Assembly: GCA_965216565.1 (NCBI GenBank)
Contig: OZ244170.1
Span: forward strand, 96,001 to 160,000
DNA length: 64,000 nt
Direction: 5' to 3'
Source: Bythopirellula sp.
Lineage (GTDB): Bacteria; Planctomycetota; Planctomycetia; Pirellulales; Lacipirellulaceae
Shown here: positions 18,838-29,615 of the stretch, one piece after another
How positions within the stretch are numbered: the first letter of the stretch is position 1
Layout of the letters: each line of letters opens with the position of its first letter
Program-made: the position numbers and the translations under genes
Notes under the pieces: model-generated
What the model saw: the letters and a program-made list of their open reading frames with translations, nothing else
The model's database searches: none
What the model was told of the DNA's origin: nothing

Positions 18838-19413
18838 TTAGCTATGCATTCGCGGCAGCGGCTCTCTCTGGGCCATGATTTGAGCCTCGGCCTCGTAGAG
18901 CTCTTCCAGGCGACGCTCCACGACATCCTCGGCCGCAAAGTGGTGGGCCAGCCGGGTGTAGGTAGTATGATGCCGGGCTTCGCTCTCGAACAGGCTCTGA
19001 TAAAACTCGGCCAATTCTGGGTCGTCCACATGAGCGGCCAGGGCTTGGAAGCGTTCGCAGCTTCGGGCTTCGATGAGCCCCGCCACCAGCAACCGATCGA
19101 CGGCCCGCTCCGGTTCGCTTTTGCGAATCAGTTCATGCAGGCGATTGCCGTACTGACTCGGTTTGAGCCGGCGGAATTTGATATCGCGTTTCTCCAGCAA
19201 AGCAATCACCATGTGAAAGTGCTCGAGTTCTTCGTTTACAATCTCGGTCATCTCGCGGCAAAGTTCGAGATTGTCGACGTAGTGAAAAATCAAGTTCATT
19301 GCTGTGCCGGCAGCCTTCTTTTCGCAGTGGGCATGATCGATTAGAACCTCTTCCAGGTTCTCGTCGACCTGCGCGAGCCAACTAGCGTCGGTGGGGGCTT
19401 TTAGATGGAGCAT
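18838..19413 (-). CDS. miaE: tRNA-(ms2io6A37) hydroxylase
   Basis: DHAHCEKKAA, EELEHF, LIEARSCERF, SEARH di-iron motifs. Confidence 0.93.
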   Translation of the reverse strand: MLHLKAPTDASWLAQVDENLEEVLIDHAHCEKKAAGTAMNLIFHYVDNLELCREMTEIVNEELEHFHMVIALLEKRDIKFRRLKPSQYGNRLHELIRKSEPERAVDRLLVAGLIEARSCERFQALAAHVDDPELAEFYQSLFESEARHHTTYTRLAHHFAAEDVVERRLEELYEAEAQIMAQREPLPRMHS

Positions 19414-19499
19414 GGCGGCAGTTGTGGGCAGTGGGCAGTGGTGGCCGCGATGCAATGCATCGCCGGAGCCCACCAATATCGCCCAGTTCGCAACGAGGA

Positions 19500-20333
19500 T
19501 CAATCGCCCGCGTCAAACTTCCGCTGGTGACGACGATAGATCTTGTCGACCAGATTCAGCCAAGTGATCGACGCTAGCCGTTTGAATCGCCAGGAAAGCA
19601 CGGCCCGACGGCCAACTACCAGAAAGAATTTCCGTTTGCGGAGGGCCCGCAAGGTTTGCTCCACAACTTTTTCGGCGGTGATGCTCGATCGATTCGTATA
19701 GTGATCGGCCGTGTTGCGTTGCATGTCGGTGTGATACAGGCCCCGTTTGGTGAGTTGGCTGGCAAAAAAGCCCGGGAGGACAACTGTCACACCAATCCTC
19801 CAAGGCCTGAGCTCGGCATACAACGTCTCTGAGAGCGAGAGCACCCCAGCCTTGGAGACGTTGTAAGCAGCCATCGAGGGTGCAGAGACCACACTCGCGA
19901 TTGAGGAAATGTTAACAATCTGCCCGCCAGCGGAAGATTCTTTCAGCCAGGGAATCATTGTGTGGCAGCCGTTGATGGTTCCCCGCAAGTTGATATCGAG
20001 TATCCGCTGGAAATCTTCGAGGGGGCTATCGCCCACTTCCCCAGTACCGCAGATTCCCGCATTGTTGATCAACATATCGAGACGGGGCCACTCGGCGGCA
20101 AGGCGCTCACGGAGGTCTTGCCATTGGGAACTGTCCACCACGTCGAGGTGCTCGGCCTGCGCCTGTCCACCCGCGGCTTCGATTTCATTGACAGTTTGCT
20201 CAGCCGCTGCCAGGTCGACATCCGAGCATGCGACGTGCCACCCTTCGGCTGCTAGACGCAGACAGAATGCTTTGCCCAGTCCGCTCCCCCCACCGGTGAC
20301 CAGGGCGTATCTCGATTCGCTAGGTTCAGTCAT
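19500..20333 (-). CDS. Short-chain dehydrogenase/reductase
   Basis: TGGGSGLG, NNAG, YNVSK. Confidence 0.92.
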   Translation of the reverse strand: MTEPSESRYALVTGGGSGLGKAFCLRLAAEGWHVACSDVDLAAAEQTVNEIEAAGGQAQAEHLDVVDSSQWQDLRERLAAEWPRLDMLINNAGICGTGEVGDSPLEDFQRILDINLRGTINGCHTMIPWLKESSAGGQIVNISSIASVVSAPSMAAYNVSKAGVLSLSETLYAELRPWRIGVTVVLPGFFASQLTKRGLYHTDMQRNTADHYTNRSSITAEKVVEQTLRALRKRKFFLVVGRRAVLSWRFKRLASITWLNLVDKIYRRHQRKFDAGD

Positions 20334-20736
20334 AGGTTCTCTATCATACCAGCGTGGTGGCAAGGGAATGTCCAGCCCTCCGGCGACGGAACGCTGGCTT
20401 GGCCGAGGGGCAAATTCGCGGGTCTCGCAACGAGTGTGTGCCGTAGCTCACAGAACCCCGCTAGCCCTCAGCCTAGGATACTAGTGAGCTGCCCCATTTG
20501 CGAACTCTTTCAGACATTTTGAACTTGGCGTGGCTGGCGACGACCCCCAAACCCCAACCCAGTCGTAGGTCCGCATAACCATGCGACTGTGTCGCCGGCC
20601 ACGCGATTTTTCTTGCTGGCAACTCCCTCGCAATCAGCGATTGCCGGCATATTCCTGCTATTCTAGGCCGAATCGACATCGCTCGGGCAGCGGAGATTCG
20701 CTACCATCCTCCCTGGTTTTTTCATCAGGGAATGCC

Positions 20737-21963
20737 ATGCGAACACCTTTCAAAATTCCGCCCCTGCGATCTGCACAGATCAGCCAGTCATTCACGCTGG
20801 TTGCTGTGGGGGCAATTTGTCTGATGTTCGCGGTTCTGCCCGCAAACAGTTTGGCCCAAGAGCGATTGTTCGCTTCTCCCAATTTCGAAAACGGCAATCG
20901 CTTTGCACCCTCGCAATTCGACGATGTTGAGCTGCCCGTGGCTTTAGGAGGCTTCTGCCCAATCACGTTACGCGACAAGCATCAGTGGTTTCCCGGGCGG
21001 CAGCAATTGCTGGTGGTGTTCGATGGACAGATCTACTGGTTCGCTAGCGAGCGCGAGCGGGCCATCTTCGCGGCCAGCCCTACCGACTATGCACCCGTGT
21101 TGGGGGGCGATTGTGCCGTCACCCTGGCAGAGACCGGGGAGCGAGAGCTTGGAAAACTGGAGTTCGCCGTCGAACATGCCGGAAGGCTTTATATGTTTAC
21201 AAGCGAACAACGTCGCCAGCAGTTTCAGTCCAATCCCGACGCCTACACACGCAGCGATTTGGCAAACGACGGGTTCTGCCTCGTCAGCGAGGTGGAAGAG
21301 GAGCGACAGATTGCCGGCATGCCCGAGACGACTGTCATGGTGGATGGCTTGCGGTACATGTTTGCGGGAGACTTCCAACGTCGCAAGTTCGCGGCCGACA
21401 TTCGCCGCTACGGTGTCGAGCGCCATTTAAAAATTCGTTCTCCAGATGCTCAACAATTCTCGGCCCAGTCGGAGTCTGGTTTTACCAGTGACGCTGAACC
21501 CCTGGACGAAGCTCCTGCAGAAACCGAACCCGAGATGACGTTCGTGATGGATGGATATTGCCCTGTCACGCTTCAGCAACGCAACATTTGGGTGCGCGGG
21601 AGATCGCAATATCGGTTCAAATACGAGGGGAAAATCTATCTTCTGGCAGGCGACGCCGAGAAGAACCGATTCATGATCAGTCCAGAAAAGTTTGCACCGG
21701 CACTAGGTGGAGACTGCGTCGTTTCGAAGATCGACGATAGTTTGCAAGTGCCGGGTAGCGTCGACTATGCGGTGTTCCATCAGCAGTCCAGCCGTATGTT
21801 TCTATTCGCGGGCCCCGATCAGAAGGCGGCCTTTACCGAGAACCCTGAACGCTACATCAAACTAGCAAAAGTATCGGCGTACGGCACGAAACAGGGAGAC
21901 GCAACGACCCCGGCTCAATCCGCGGCGCCCGATGCGGAGAAGTCGGACCGACCGGCTCAGTAG
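20737..21963 (+). CDS. Exported protein with multiple YHS-like repeats
   Basis: Signal peptide; five GGxC/DGxC units each followed by G..Y.F....R..F...P..Y-like segments. Confidence 0.75.
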   Translation: MRTPFKIPPLRSAQISQSFTLVAVGAICLMFAVLPANSLAQERLFASPNFENGNRFAPSQFDDVELPVALGGFCPITLRDKHQWFPGRQQLLVVFDGQIYWFASERERAIFAASPTDYAPVLGGDCAVTLAETGERELGKLEFAVEHAGRLYMFTSEQRRQQFQSNPDAYTRSDLANDGFCLVSEVEEERQIAGMPETTVMVDGLRYMFAGDFQRRKFAADIRRYGVERHLKIRSPDAQQFSAQSESGFTSDAEPLDEAPAETEPEMTFVMDGYCPVTLQQRNIWVRGRSQYRFKYEGKIYLLAGDAEKNRFMISPEKFAPALGGDCVVSKIDDSLQVPGSVDYAVFHQQSSRMFLFAGPDQKAAFTENPERYIKLAKVSAYGTKQGDATTPAQSAAPDAEKSDRPAQ

Positions 21964-22424
21964 CCAGGCGTGACCTGGGCCAGCGAGAACGCCATTCGAG
22001 TGGGACGCAGCCCGGGATTCTCTGTTCCCAACATGGCGAGAGTGACGCCGGGATACGCTTCATTGAACTTAGCCCGGCAGCAGGCACACTTGGCCAGGTG
22101 CACTTCGATGCGACCAGCCAAATCGGCATCGGCCATCAGAGCAGCGCCAGTTACATGATCGCGATATTCGGCTGCATGAGACAAACACTCGGTGCAACCG
22201 ATTCCGCCAAATTGGGGCTCCTGGTAGAACACGAACCCGCCCGCAACGATGGCACCGACGGCAAACAGCACAAGACTCACCATACTGGTGCTAGCAAGCT
22301 GACGCAGCCTTCGACCTCGCTCAGAGCGGTTAAGCCGACGGACCATCTGAGAGATCTCGCCGTCGACGCATGGCTCCCATTGGTCGTGCTGTTGGTCTTC
22401 AGATTGTGGGTTGTTGACGGACAT
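21957..22424 (-). CDS. Membrane protein with zf-HC2 (anti-sigma-like) motif
   Basis: TM, then C..C ... HLAKCACC (HxxxCxxC); start uncertain (22424 or 22478). Confidence 0.7.
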   Translation of the reverse strand: MSVNNPQSEDQQHDQWEPCVDGEISQMVRRLNRSERGRRLRQLASTSMVSLVLFAVGAIVAGGFVFYQEPQFGGIGCTECLSHAAEYRDHVTGAALMADADLAGRIEVHLAKCACCRAKFNEAYPGVTLAMLGTENPGLRPTRMAFSLAQVTPGY

Positions 22425-22513
22425 CCATTGGTCCCAAGTTGTCGGGCAAACAGAGGGCTGTAAGCCTCGGTGGTTCACATATCAGTATCATCGTAAAAAC
22501 AGAGCTCAAACAC

Positions 22514-22529
22514 TGTAAAACAGCTCACA
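22514..22529. promoter_or_regulatory. CRP-family binding site
   Basis: TGTAA-AACAGC-TCACA, 9/10 match to TGTGA-N6-TCACA, next to a Crp-family gene. Confidence 0.55.
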
Positions 22530-22564
22530 ATATCCAAAACTCCCTGACAATTAGACTCTTCGCA

Positions 22565-23275
22565 TCACGATCCATCCGGGGGGGATGGCTTGATGCCAAC
22601 ACTAGCAGCCAATCGGGCGAGGTCCTTCAGAATGATTTTTCTTCGTCCCAATTCCAAGTAGCCCTCCGACTGCAGTTCTCCAAGTACCACGGTTACCGTC
22701 TCTCTCGTACTGCCAATAATATTGGCCAAATCTTGGTGCGAAAGTTTGATTTTCAACTCCAAACCGGCAGCGGTTTCTCGACCATACTGCTCGGCCAATT
22801 CCATCAGCAAATGAATCATCCGTTCTCGGTTCGATCGAAACAATAGATATTTCAGACGCCGTTCGATACGCCGACGGCGGAGTCCCATCAGTCGAGTGAT
22901 GCCCAACGAAACTTCCGGATTCTGCATCAACAGTTGCTGCATCACGTCGTTGGGGATGAGCACAATCGTCGATTTCTCTACCGCCTCGGCATATTCTTCT
23001 CTCTCTTGGCTTCCCATCAGCGAGAGCTCGCCGAATAGTTCACCAGGCTCAATAAAGGCGAGAATTGCCTGTTTGCCGTCCTCGGTAAAGCTGCCAATTT
23101 TCACGCGACCCTGCGCCAATAGCAGCACACCGTTGGCATGATCCGAGGGCAAATAGATGGGAGAGGAACGAGGGAATTGTCGCACGCGACAACGATTCTC
23201 GATCGCCGCGATTTGTTCTGCACCCAACTGTTGAAAAAGATCGCACTGCTTCAGATACCAAAGTCGTTCCGACAT
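22565..23275 (-). CDS. Crp/Fnr family transcriptional regulator
   Basis: cNMP domain (GELFGEL), HTH LSHQDLANIIGSTRETVT. Confidence 0.93.
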   Translation of the reverse strand: MSERLWYLKQCDLFQQLGAEQIAAIENRCRVRQFPRSSPIYLPSDHANGVLLLAQGRVKIGSFTEDGKQAILAFIEPGELFGELSLMGSQEREEYAEAVEKSTIVLIPNDVMQQLLMQNPEVSLGITRLMGLRRRRIERRLKYLLFRSNRERMIHLLMELAEQYGRETAAGLELKIKLSHQDLANIIGSTRETVTVVLGELQSEGYLELGRRKIILKDLARLAASVGIKPSPPDGS

Positions 23276-23413
23276 AGTGCGACGCTACTTGCTATTGGGA
23301 CGAATTGGTCAACAGAGCGGGGGGGATGATGTAGTTCTCTGTTGATCCGTTCTTTAGACAGGCCGAAGCGGTGTCTGCTATTTTAGCCCTTCGCCAAAGG
23401 GGGACAACTGCAG

Positions 23414-24748
23414 CTAGTTGCCAGCGGTCGCCCAATATCCTCCGCGAGCATGATCGAATCGCGCTGCACGTCCCCGAACAGATTCGTCTAATTCCCCATG
23501 ACGATAGACTTCTCGACCATTTACCCAAGTTCGCACGGGCCAACCCGTGAGCGACTCGCCATCCCAGGGACTCCACCCGCACTTTGTAAGCTGGTTCACA
23601 TTTCTTACCTCTTGGGTCAATTCCAGGTCGACTAGCACCAGATCGGCATCGTAACCCTCGGCAATGCGACCTTTGTCGACAATGTCCCACACTCGAGCCG
23701 GCGCATCGCACATCCAATGGACGACTTGCTCTAGCGAACAACGCCCACCGTGTACTTCGTTGAGCATCAGTGCCAGACTGTTTTCGATCGCGGGTACTCC
23801 CGAGGGCGACTTGGGATAGCCCTGCTGTTTTTCGGCCAGCGTATGCGGCGCGTGATCGGTGGCGATAACCTGAATCTCTCCCTGCTGGAGTGCTTGCCAA
23901 AGCCTTGCGTTATCGGCAGCCGTTTTGATCGAAGGATTGGCTTGCGCCAGCGTACCCAGCCGGGCGTAGTCGTCGATATTGAGCAGCAGGTGATGAGGGC
24001 ACGCCTCGGCGGTAATGAGATTACGATGGTCGGATAAGAGTTCCGTCTCAGCCCCCGTTGAGACATGCAACACATGGAAACGATGATTGTGCCGAAATGC
24101 CAGGTCGAGTGAGCGGCGGGTGGCAATGATGGCCGCCTCGTGGTCGCGAATCTTGGAGTGATCCGCAACGTCGGACGTACCGGCTAGCCGCTCGGCGTTT
24201 GCCCGCACGGTGGCCTCATCCTCGCAGTGTGCGGTGATGGGCAAGGTGGTCTCAGCGAAAATTCGCTCTAGCGCTGCCTGCTCGTCGACCAACAGGTTGC
24301 CCGTGCTGGAACCTATAAAGATTTTGATGCCCGGCGTATTGGTAGCGTTTTTCAGGTCTTCAATATTGTCGGGCGTTGCACCAATATAGAAGCCGTAGTT
24401 CACGAGCGATTTCTCGGCGGCCAGGGCCCGTTTTTCCTCCACCCCTTGTTGGGTGATGGCGGGGGGAGAAGTATTGGGCATTTCCAGGAAGGTGGTGACG
24501 CCTCCTTTGGCACAGGCACGCGACGCGGTGTGCAGATCCTCTTTGTGCGTGAGTCCAGGTTCGCGGAAGTGGACCTGATCGTCGACCACGCCGGGAATCA
24601 AATGCAACCCGGCAGCATCGACCGTTTCGTCAGCGGTACTTTGAATTACTGCATCGACCGCAGCGATCTTTCCGTTTTCAATTAAGACGGAAACAGCCTC
24701 GACCCCGGTGGGCAACACGACCTGGGCATTCTTGATGAGAGTTTTCAT
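23414..24748 (-). CDS. pyrC: Dihydroorotase
   Basis: [41 protein letters not shown] at 24748. Confidence 0.88.
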   Translation of the reverse strand: MKTLIKNAQVVLPTGVEAVSVLIENGKIAAVDAVIQSTADETVDAAGLHLIPGVVDDQVHFREPGLTHKEDLHTASRACAKGGVTTFLEMPNTSPPAITQQGVEEKRALAAEKSLVNYGFYIGATPDNIEDLKNATNTPGIKIFIGSSTGNLLVDEQAALERIFAETTLPITAHCEDEATVRANAERLAGTSDVADHSKIRDHEAAIIATRRSLDLAFRHNHRFHVLHVSTGAETELLSDHRNLITAEACPHHLLLNIDDYARLGTLAQANPSIKTAADNARLWQALQQGEIQVIATDHAPHTLAEKQQGYPKSPSGVPAIENSLALMLNEVHGGRCSLEQVVHWMCDAPARVWDIVDKGRIAEGYDADLVLVDLELTQEVRNVNQLTKCGWSPWDGESLTGWPVRTWVNGREVYRHGELDESVRGRAARFDHARGGYWATAGN

Positions 24749-24814
24749 GGGACGACCATTGTCGCCCATTGGATGCCAACCGTCGAGCCACTCTGTTAGA
24801 GCGCTAGACCGGGA

Positions 24815-24902
24815 GTCGAAAAAAGGGGACTGGCTCAACGCACAATAACGGCTGTCGCCTGAGCATACGTTGGGTCGTCGTGCCTGTTCCCTTTTTTTCG
24901 AC
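24815..24902. mobile_element. MITE/REPIN-like element type B
   Basis: GTCGAAAAAAGGGGAC ... GTTCCCTTTTTTTCGAC; homologous to 12520-12607. Confidence 0.75.
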
Positions 24903-24918
24903 GGACCACTAGGGCACC

Positions 24919-25009
24919 GCTTGAAATGGGGACTGGCACGGGATCGCAGGAAAGGCTAACCAATGGCCAACCGGCAGCTTGCAATCACGAGCCAGTCCCC
25001 ATTTCAAGC
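24919..25009. mobile_element. MITE/REPIN-like element type A
   Basis: Perfect 19-bp IR GCTTGAAATGGGGACTGGC / GCCAGTCCCCATTTCAAGC. Confidence 0.8.
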
Positions 25010-25027
25010 TCACCTAGAGCTACAGTA

Positions 25028-26200
25028 CTATGGTGTATCCCCGTCAGTAGGGCCTTTCCTTTTGCCTTTGCCCAGCCACCCCATCCAGCGGAAGAAGAAC
25101 AACTGGCCCGCGGCCACTGCCGCCATCAACCCCAAGGCAAACGGATAGCCATTGTGCCATTTCAGCTCGGGCATGTTGAGTTTCGATACTTCCGGATCGA
25201 AATTCATGCCATACACGCCAGCGATAAAGCTGAGTGGAATGAATATCGTGGCGATGATGGTCAGCACCTTCATTATTTCATTCATGCGATTGCTGATCTC
25301 AGTGGCGTGATAGTCCCGTATATCCGAGCACGCCTCCCGGCATCCCTCCAGTGTTTCGATGATCTCGGCGACATGGTCGCGACAATCGCGGAGGTAGAGT
25401 TCCGTCTCCTCGTCCACAAGCCAACTATGGTCGCTACCTAACGAATCGACCACCTCGCGCATCGGCCATGAGATGCGCCTGAGAAGTCGCACATCGTGTC
25501 GGGCACCATGCAGTTGTGAGATGACGCCCGTTTCGGATCCCTGCTCAAGCTGCTCATCGAGTTCATCAAGGCGTTCGCTGATTTTTTCAATTTTAGGAAA
25601 GTAAGAATCGATAATCGCATCGAGCAGAGCATACAGCAGGTAGTCGCTGCCTGAGCTACGGATGACGCTGCCATCTACCTTGAGCCGATCGCGAACCGCA
25701 TTGAAACAGACACCGCGACGCTCTCGCCAGCTAATCACGAACCCTTTGCCGACGAAAAAGCTGATTTGCTCGACCCCTTGAGTACCGTCGCGATCTTTTT
25801 TCGGTTTTTCAAGTTGGCGTGGCAATTGGGTGACCAGGAACAAATAGTCCTGAAAATTCTCGACCTTCGAGCGTTGCGGAATATGGCACAGGTCTTCCAG
25901 GGCCAGTCGATGGATGCCAAAGAGATTGCCGAAGTCTTCGATCAACTTGGCATCGCCCAAGCCAGCGATGTCGATCCACAGCACCTCGTGCTTTCCACGC
26001 TGCTCCTTCACGTCTTCAAACGTGCAGTCGTCGAACAGGGTAATTGCATTCGCCCCATAGCCCGTCATGCGGATATGCGGCGGCAGCGCGCCTGCGGGAA
26101 TCTCGATCGAGCCCGGCCTGGCCCCCGGGCTACCACGACGTTCGTACCGCTCCATATATAGGCTGCGGTTGGGCAATTTTCTGCGTTTTCGAGAGGGCAT
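25028..26200 (-). CDS. corA: Magnesium/cobalt transporter
   Basis: HRLALED, QRSKVE, GVYGMNF, MPEL, two C-terminal TMs. Confidence 0.95.
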   Translation of the reverse strand: MPSRKRRKLPNRSLYMERYERRGSPGARPGSIEIPAGALPPHIRMTGYGANAITLFDDCTFEDVKEQRGKHEVLWIDIAGLGDAKLIEDFGNLFGIHRLALEDLCHIPQRSKVENFQDYLFLVTQLPRQLEKPKKDRDGTQGVEQISFFVGKGFVISWRERRGVCFNAVRDRLKVDGSVIRSSGSDYLLYALLDAIIDSYFPKIEKISERLDELDEQLEQGSETGVISQLHGARHDVRLLRRISWPMREVVDSLGSDHSWLVDEETELYLRDCRDHVAEIIETLEGCREACSDIRDYHATEISNRMNEIMKVLTIIATIFIPLSFIAGVYGMNFDPEVSKLNMPELKWHNGYPFALGLMAAVAAGQLFFFRWMGWLGKGKRKGPTDGDTP

Positions 26201-26227
26201 ATGCGGTCGAGCCGTATCGTGGCTGGT

Positions 26228-28453
26228 TTAAGTCTCGATGGGTTCCGGCGGGGGCGACATCTCAATCTTCAGCGGAGAGCTGGTATCCAAGTGGACGTCC
26301 CGTTGTGGGAACGCGATCACGATGCCCGCCTCTTTGAACAGTTGTTCGATTTGGTAACGGACGGCACTCTCCACTTGCAGCCGATCCATGACGGTTCGCA
26401 TGCGAATCCAAAAGTGGATTTCGAAGGCGAGCGAGTTATCTCCAAACTCTTTGAACAAAATTATCGGAGGTGGATCTTTGGACGTGCGGCCCGTCTCGAC
26501 TACGGCTCGCCGTAAAAGTTGGGTGACGGTGACCACGGGCGATCCATACACGACTCCCACCTCGACAGACGTACGCACCTTGTCGCTAGAGAGGGTATAG
26601 TTGATGACGTTATTCTGCAAGAACGTGCTGTTGGGCACGATGATTTCCAAATTCGAGCCCGTTCTTACGCGTGTGCTGCGGGCACCGATGTGTTCCACGT
26701 TTCCGTAAAGATCGTCGAGCAGAATTAGGTCGCCAACTTTCACCGGCCGCTCGGCGTGGAGGATCAACCCGCTGATAAAATTGTTGATCACATTCTGGCT
26801 ACCAAAACCAACACCAAGAGCCAATGCACCACCCAGGAAGGTCAGTGCCGTAAGCGGCACATTGATGACTTTCAGTGAGAACAGCGTGAACATGAGCAGG
26901 AATGTGTAGAAGAGCAGCGACTGGATAGTCGCCGACGCGCTGGGGTCGATATCGAGCCGGCGAAGCACCTGCGTTCCCAGGAAGCGACTGAACATCCGCG
27001 AGGCAACGACACCAATCAGCAGCATCAGGATCGCGATGACGACCTTCCGCACCGTCAGCGGACTGTCGCCTACGACAGCAAGTTCCTGATTCCAGATCGC
27101 CTGAACGCCACTCCAAATGGACAGCAGCTTGTCCTTCGCGGTCGAGGCCAGCGAGCCAGTATCGAGTTCGTTGATCAGCTTCTGATGCAACTTGCCCGAT
27201 TCTTCAATACTGGCCAGGTTGGCCTGGTGGCTTTTTAGTAAGGCTTCTGCGTCTTTGATTTCGTTCTCGATCCGCCGGGCTTCGGCAGAATTCTCTTCGG
27301 CATCTTCCAGCGCTTCTTGTCGCTTGGCGATTTGCGAACGAAGATCGCTGATCTCCAAGGCTGCCGATTTCGCCTCGTCGTTGAGCGATTCGATGGCCTT
27401 GGCAGTCTTTTCACTCCACTCGCGTACATCTTTGCTATTTGCCAGCTTGAGATAGATTTTTTGTCGCTGTTGCCAAATATTTTCGTGGGCGGAGAGTCGA
27501 CGTTGTTGTTGGCGAAGCAAACGGAGCTGTTCTTGGACCAACTGCGCGTTCTGATTGAATCCGTCTTTGGCACTAGCTTGAAGTTTATCTATCTTCTTCT
27601 TGAGCGAGTCTTCTTTCTTCTTGATCTCAGTTAGAACTTCGTCCAATTGGTCTTTTCCAAACTCCGCCACGCTTCGCATACGAGCGACTTTCTCTCGCAG
27701 CATCTTCACCTGTGTCTTCTGTGCTTTCAGTGACGCTTTGACATTGTCGAGCGTTTTCTTCCGCAGTTGGGCGGTGGCCTCGGCGATTTCGCAGAGCAAT
27801 TCCGCTTCGGCTAGCTCTTCCCCCAGCTCTTGCCGTTTGCTGTCATCGTCGTTGGTCTCCACGGCTTCCCGCGCAATGCGACGCTGACTGGCACGACGTT
27901 TCTGTTCTTCTCGGGCTGTTTCTAGTGCTTCGGTGAAGGACTCCACACGAGACTCGAGACTCTTCTGCCGTTGGAGTTCAGCTTCGAAGGAGTCCTGCGT
28001 TCGGTCCAGTTCAGAAAACGGGGTCGACTCTTCCGAGAGGCCTTGCTGGACGAAATCTTCCAGGGCTTCTAAGCGTGCCTCCAGATATTTGGCAAGTTGC
28101 TCCGACTTCTCCCATTCCGCTTCCAGTTGCGAGAGCGTCAGGTCCAGCCAACTGAGTAGTTCTTGTTGTTCTTTGAGCCGTTCCGGAATCTTCTGCCCTT
28201 CTTCTTTGCTCAGCTCTTCGATCTGAGCTGCTGATTCTTTGAGCCGCTCGCTGACGCTTTCTTGCCAGTCTGCTAGTTCCTTTTCGGGATCTTTCTTTTC
28301 TTCTTCCTGTGGCTCGTCGCTCTTTTGGGAGGCGAGTTGGGTAAGAGGGTTTTGGGCGTGCGTCGATGAGACCCCGTGCGACGACCAACAAGCGATCGCC
28401 AGCGCTAGTAAGCCTAGGCTTTTCAAGATAGAGATGGCCGGGCGTCGATGCAT
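26228..28453 (-). CDS. Mechanosensitive channel, MscS family, with large N-terminal coiled coil
   Basis: Signal peptide, long helical region, GVGFGSQNVINNFISG, ERPVKVGD, IAFPQRDVH. Confidence 0.92.
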   Translation of the reverse strand: MHRRPAISILKSLGLLALAIACWSSHGVSSTHAQNPLTQLASQKSDEPQEEEKKDPEKELADWQESVSERLKESAAQIEELSKEEGQKIPERLKEQQELLSWLDLTLSQLEAEWEKSEQLAKYLEARLEALEDFVQQGLSEESTPFSELDRTQDSFEAELQRQKSLESRVESFTEALETAREEQKRRASQRRIAREAVETNDDDSKRQELGEELAEAELLCEIAEATAQLRKKTLDNVKASLKAQKTQVKMLREKVARMRSVAEFGKDQLDEVLTEIKKKEDSLKKKIDKLQASAKDGFNQNAQLVQEQLRLLRQQQRRLSAHENIWQQRQKIYLKLANSKDVREWSEKTAKAIESLNDEAKSAALEISDLRSQIAKRQEALEDAEENSAEARRIENEIKDAEALLKSHQANLASIEESGKLHQKLINELDTGSLASTAKDKLLSIWSGVQAIWNQELAVVGDSPLTVRKVVIAILMLLIGVVASRMFSRFLGTQVLRRLDIDPSASATIQSLLFYTFLLMFTLFSLKVINVPLTALTFLGGALALGVGFGSQNVINNFISGLILHAERPVKVGDLILLDDLYGNVEHIGARSTRVRTGSNLEIIVPNSTFLQNNVINYTLSSDKVRTSVEVGVVYGSPVVTVTQLLRRAVVETGRTSKDPPPIILFKEFGDNSLAFEIHFWIRMRTVMDRLQVESAVRYQIEQLFKEAGIVIAFPQRDVHLDTSSPLKIEMSPPPEPIET

Positions 28454-28754
28454 CGTTTTATGGCTAGGGGAGCGGGCGGGAGAGCGAGTACTTGTGGCTT
28501 CTCGAAAAAACGAGGCTCACGTTGCGACTAGCCGTCTTGCGAACCGCATGTCGCAGACTTCGTTAAATATCATTGCTGTTCAAGGGAACTGCAAACAGCG
28601 ATACATAATCCTACCACCTCCGCTTGTCCATGAACGGGGACTCGCCTCCTGGATCGGCATTCAAGTTAGGCGCCGTAGGACTTGGGACGATAATACGGAA
28701 AATCGCTGAGAAAGCAGATTTCCTCAAGTCTCACGAACAATGCTAGTCAACTAT

Positions 28755-29615
28755 CTAGCTAGACTTGGAGACGCTCATCTGCCTCTCGATTTCATCCACG
28801 AAGGCACAGGCTTCGGTGAGAGACATTTTTCGCTTTTCGCGGAGCAGCTTCGTGGCGTCGATCGTTTCGCCGTCGTGAACAAGTTTTTTGACGAAATCGA
28901 CGAACTCAGCCTCGCTCAGATTCTCCCAGTCAGCAGTCTTGTTCTCGTTCTGCTCGGCGACGCTTAGATAGTCGTCCAGAAAGGCGAGCACTTTCTTTGG
29001 TCGGGGTAACAAGCCGAAATTGCCTGCCGTGAATTTCACCTTGAGCAGGGCATCGCTCGAAACCTTTACCGGCTGATGTTGGATTCCCTTGTTGCTAACG
29101 GTGACCACTCCCCAAAGGTAAGATTTCTTGAAGGGTTGCCGCGTCCGCTCTCGTTTGAGTTCTTCGGCAATCTGTTCAGCTTGCTTCTGGTCAAGCTGAA
29201 AGTCGAGATAGACGTCCTTGTGGCTCACGTCGCCATCACTATCTGGAGTCTTATAGCGATGTATAGATTTGTTGACCGAAAGAATTTCTTCGTAAGGCAG
29301 GTAGACAACAGTCTGCCCAGGTTCGGCCCGGTAATACTCGCAGTTGCGGAGATTGACCCACATGCCATCGCGGAACAAAGCCAGAACCCAATTTTCAGGC
29401 CTTCCACGACGTCGCCAACTACCCCAGAGAAACGGCGTGATAAACAACGCTACAGCGGCGCAGCCGTAAGTGACGATGCCAGGTGCCTCTAGCCACCACC
29501 AAAGGAAGGGTACCCCCGCGAAGATGATCCACAGAATGAGAAGATTGAACCGCGCATTGCGGCACACCAATCTCGCTTCCGCGGTGGGATCAGTTCCTGT
29601 TGGATGAAACTGCAT
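28755..29615 (-). CDS. Membrane protein with C-terminal L7/L12-CTD-like motif
   Basis: Two N-terminal TMs; C-terminal IDATKLLREKRKMSLTEACAFVD. Confidence 0.7.
   Translation of the reverse strand: MQFHPTGTDPTAEARLVCRNARFNLLILWIIFAGVPFLWWWLEAPGIVTYGCAAVALFITPFLWGSWRRRGRPENWVLALFRDGMWVNLRNCEYYRAEPGQTVVYLPYEEILSVNKSIHRYKTPDSDGDVSHKDVYLDFQLDQKQAEQIAEELKRERTRQPFKKSYLWGVVTVSNKGIQHQPVKVSSDALLKVKFTAGNFGLLPRPKKVLAFLDDYLSVAEQNENKTADWENLSEAEFVDFVKKLVHDGETIDATKLLREKRKMSLTEACAFVDEIERQMSVSKSS

Noticed and set aside
24749..24838. N-terminal extension of pyrC
   Set aside because: Starts within a MITE-like element; family similarity begins at MKTLIK
24926..25441. 171-aa plus-strand ORF
   Set aside because: Begins in a repeat element and runs antisense to corA
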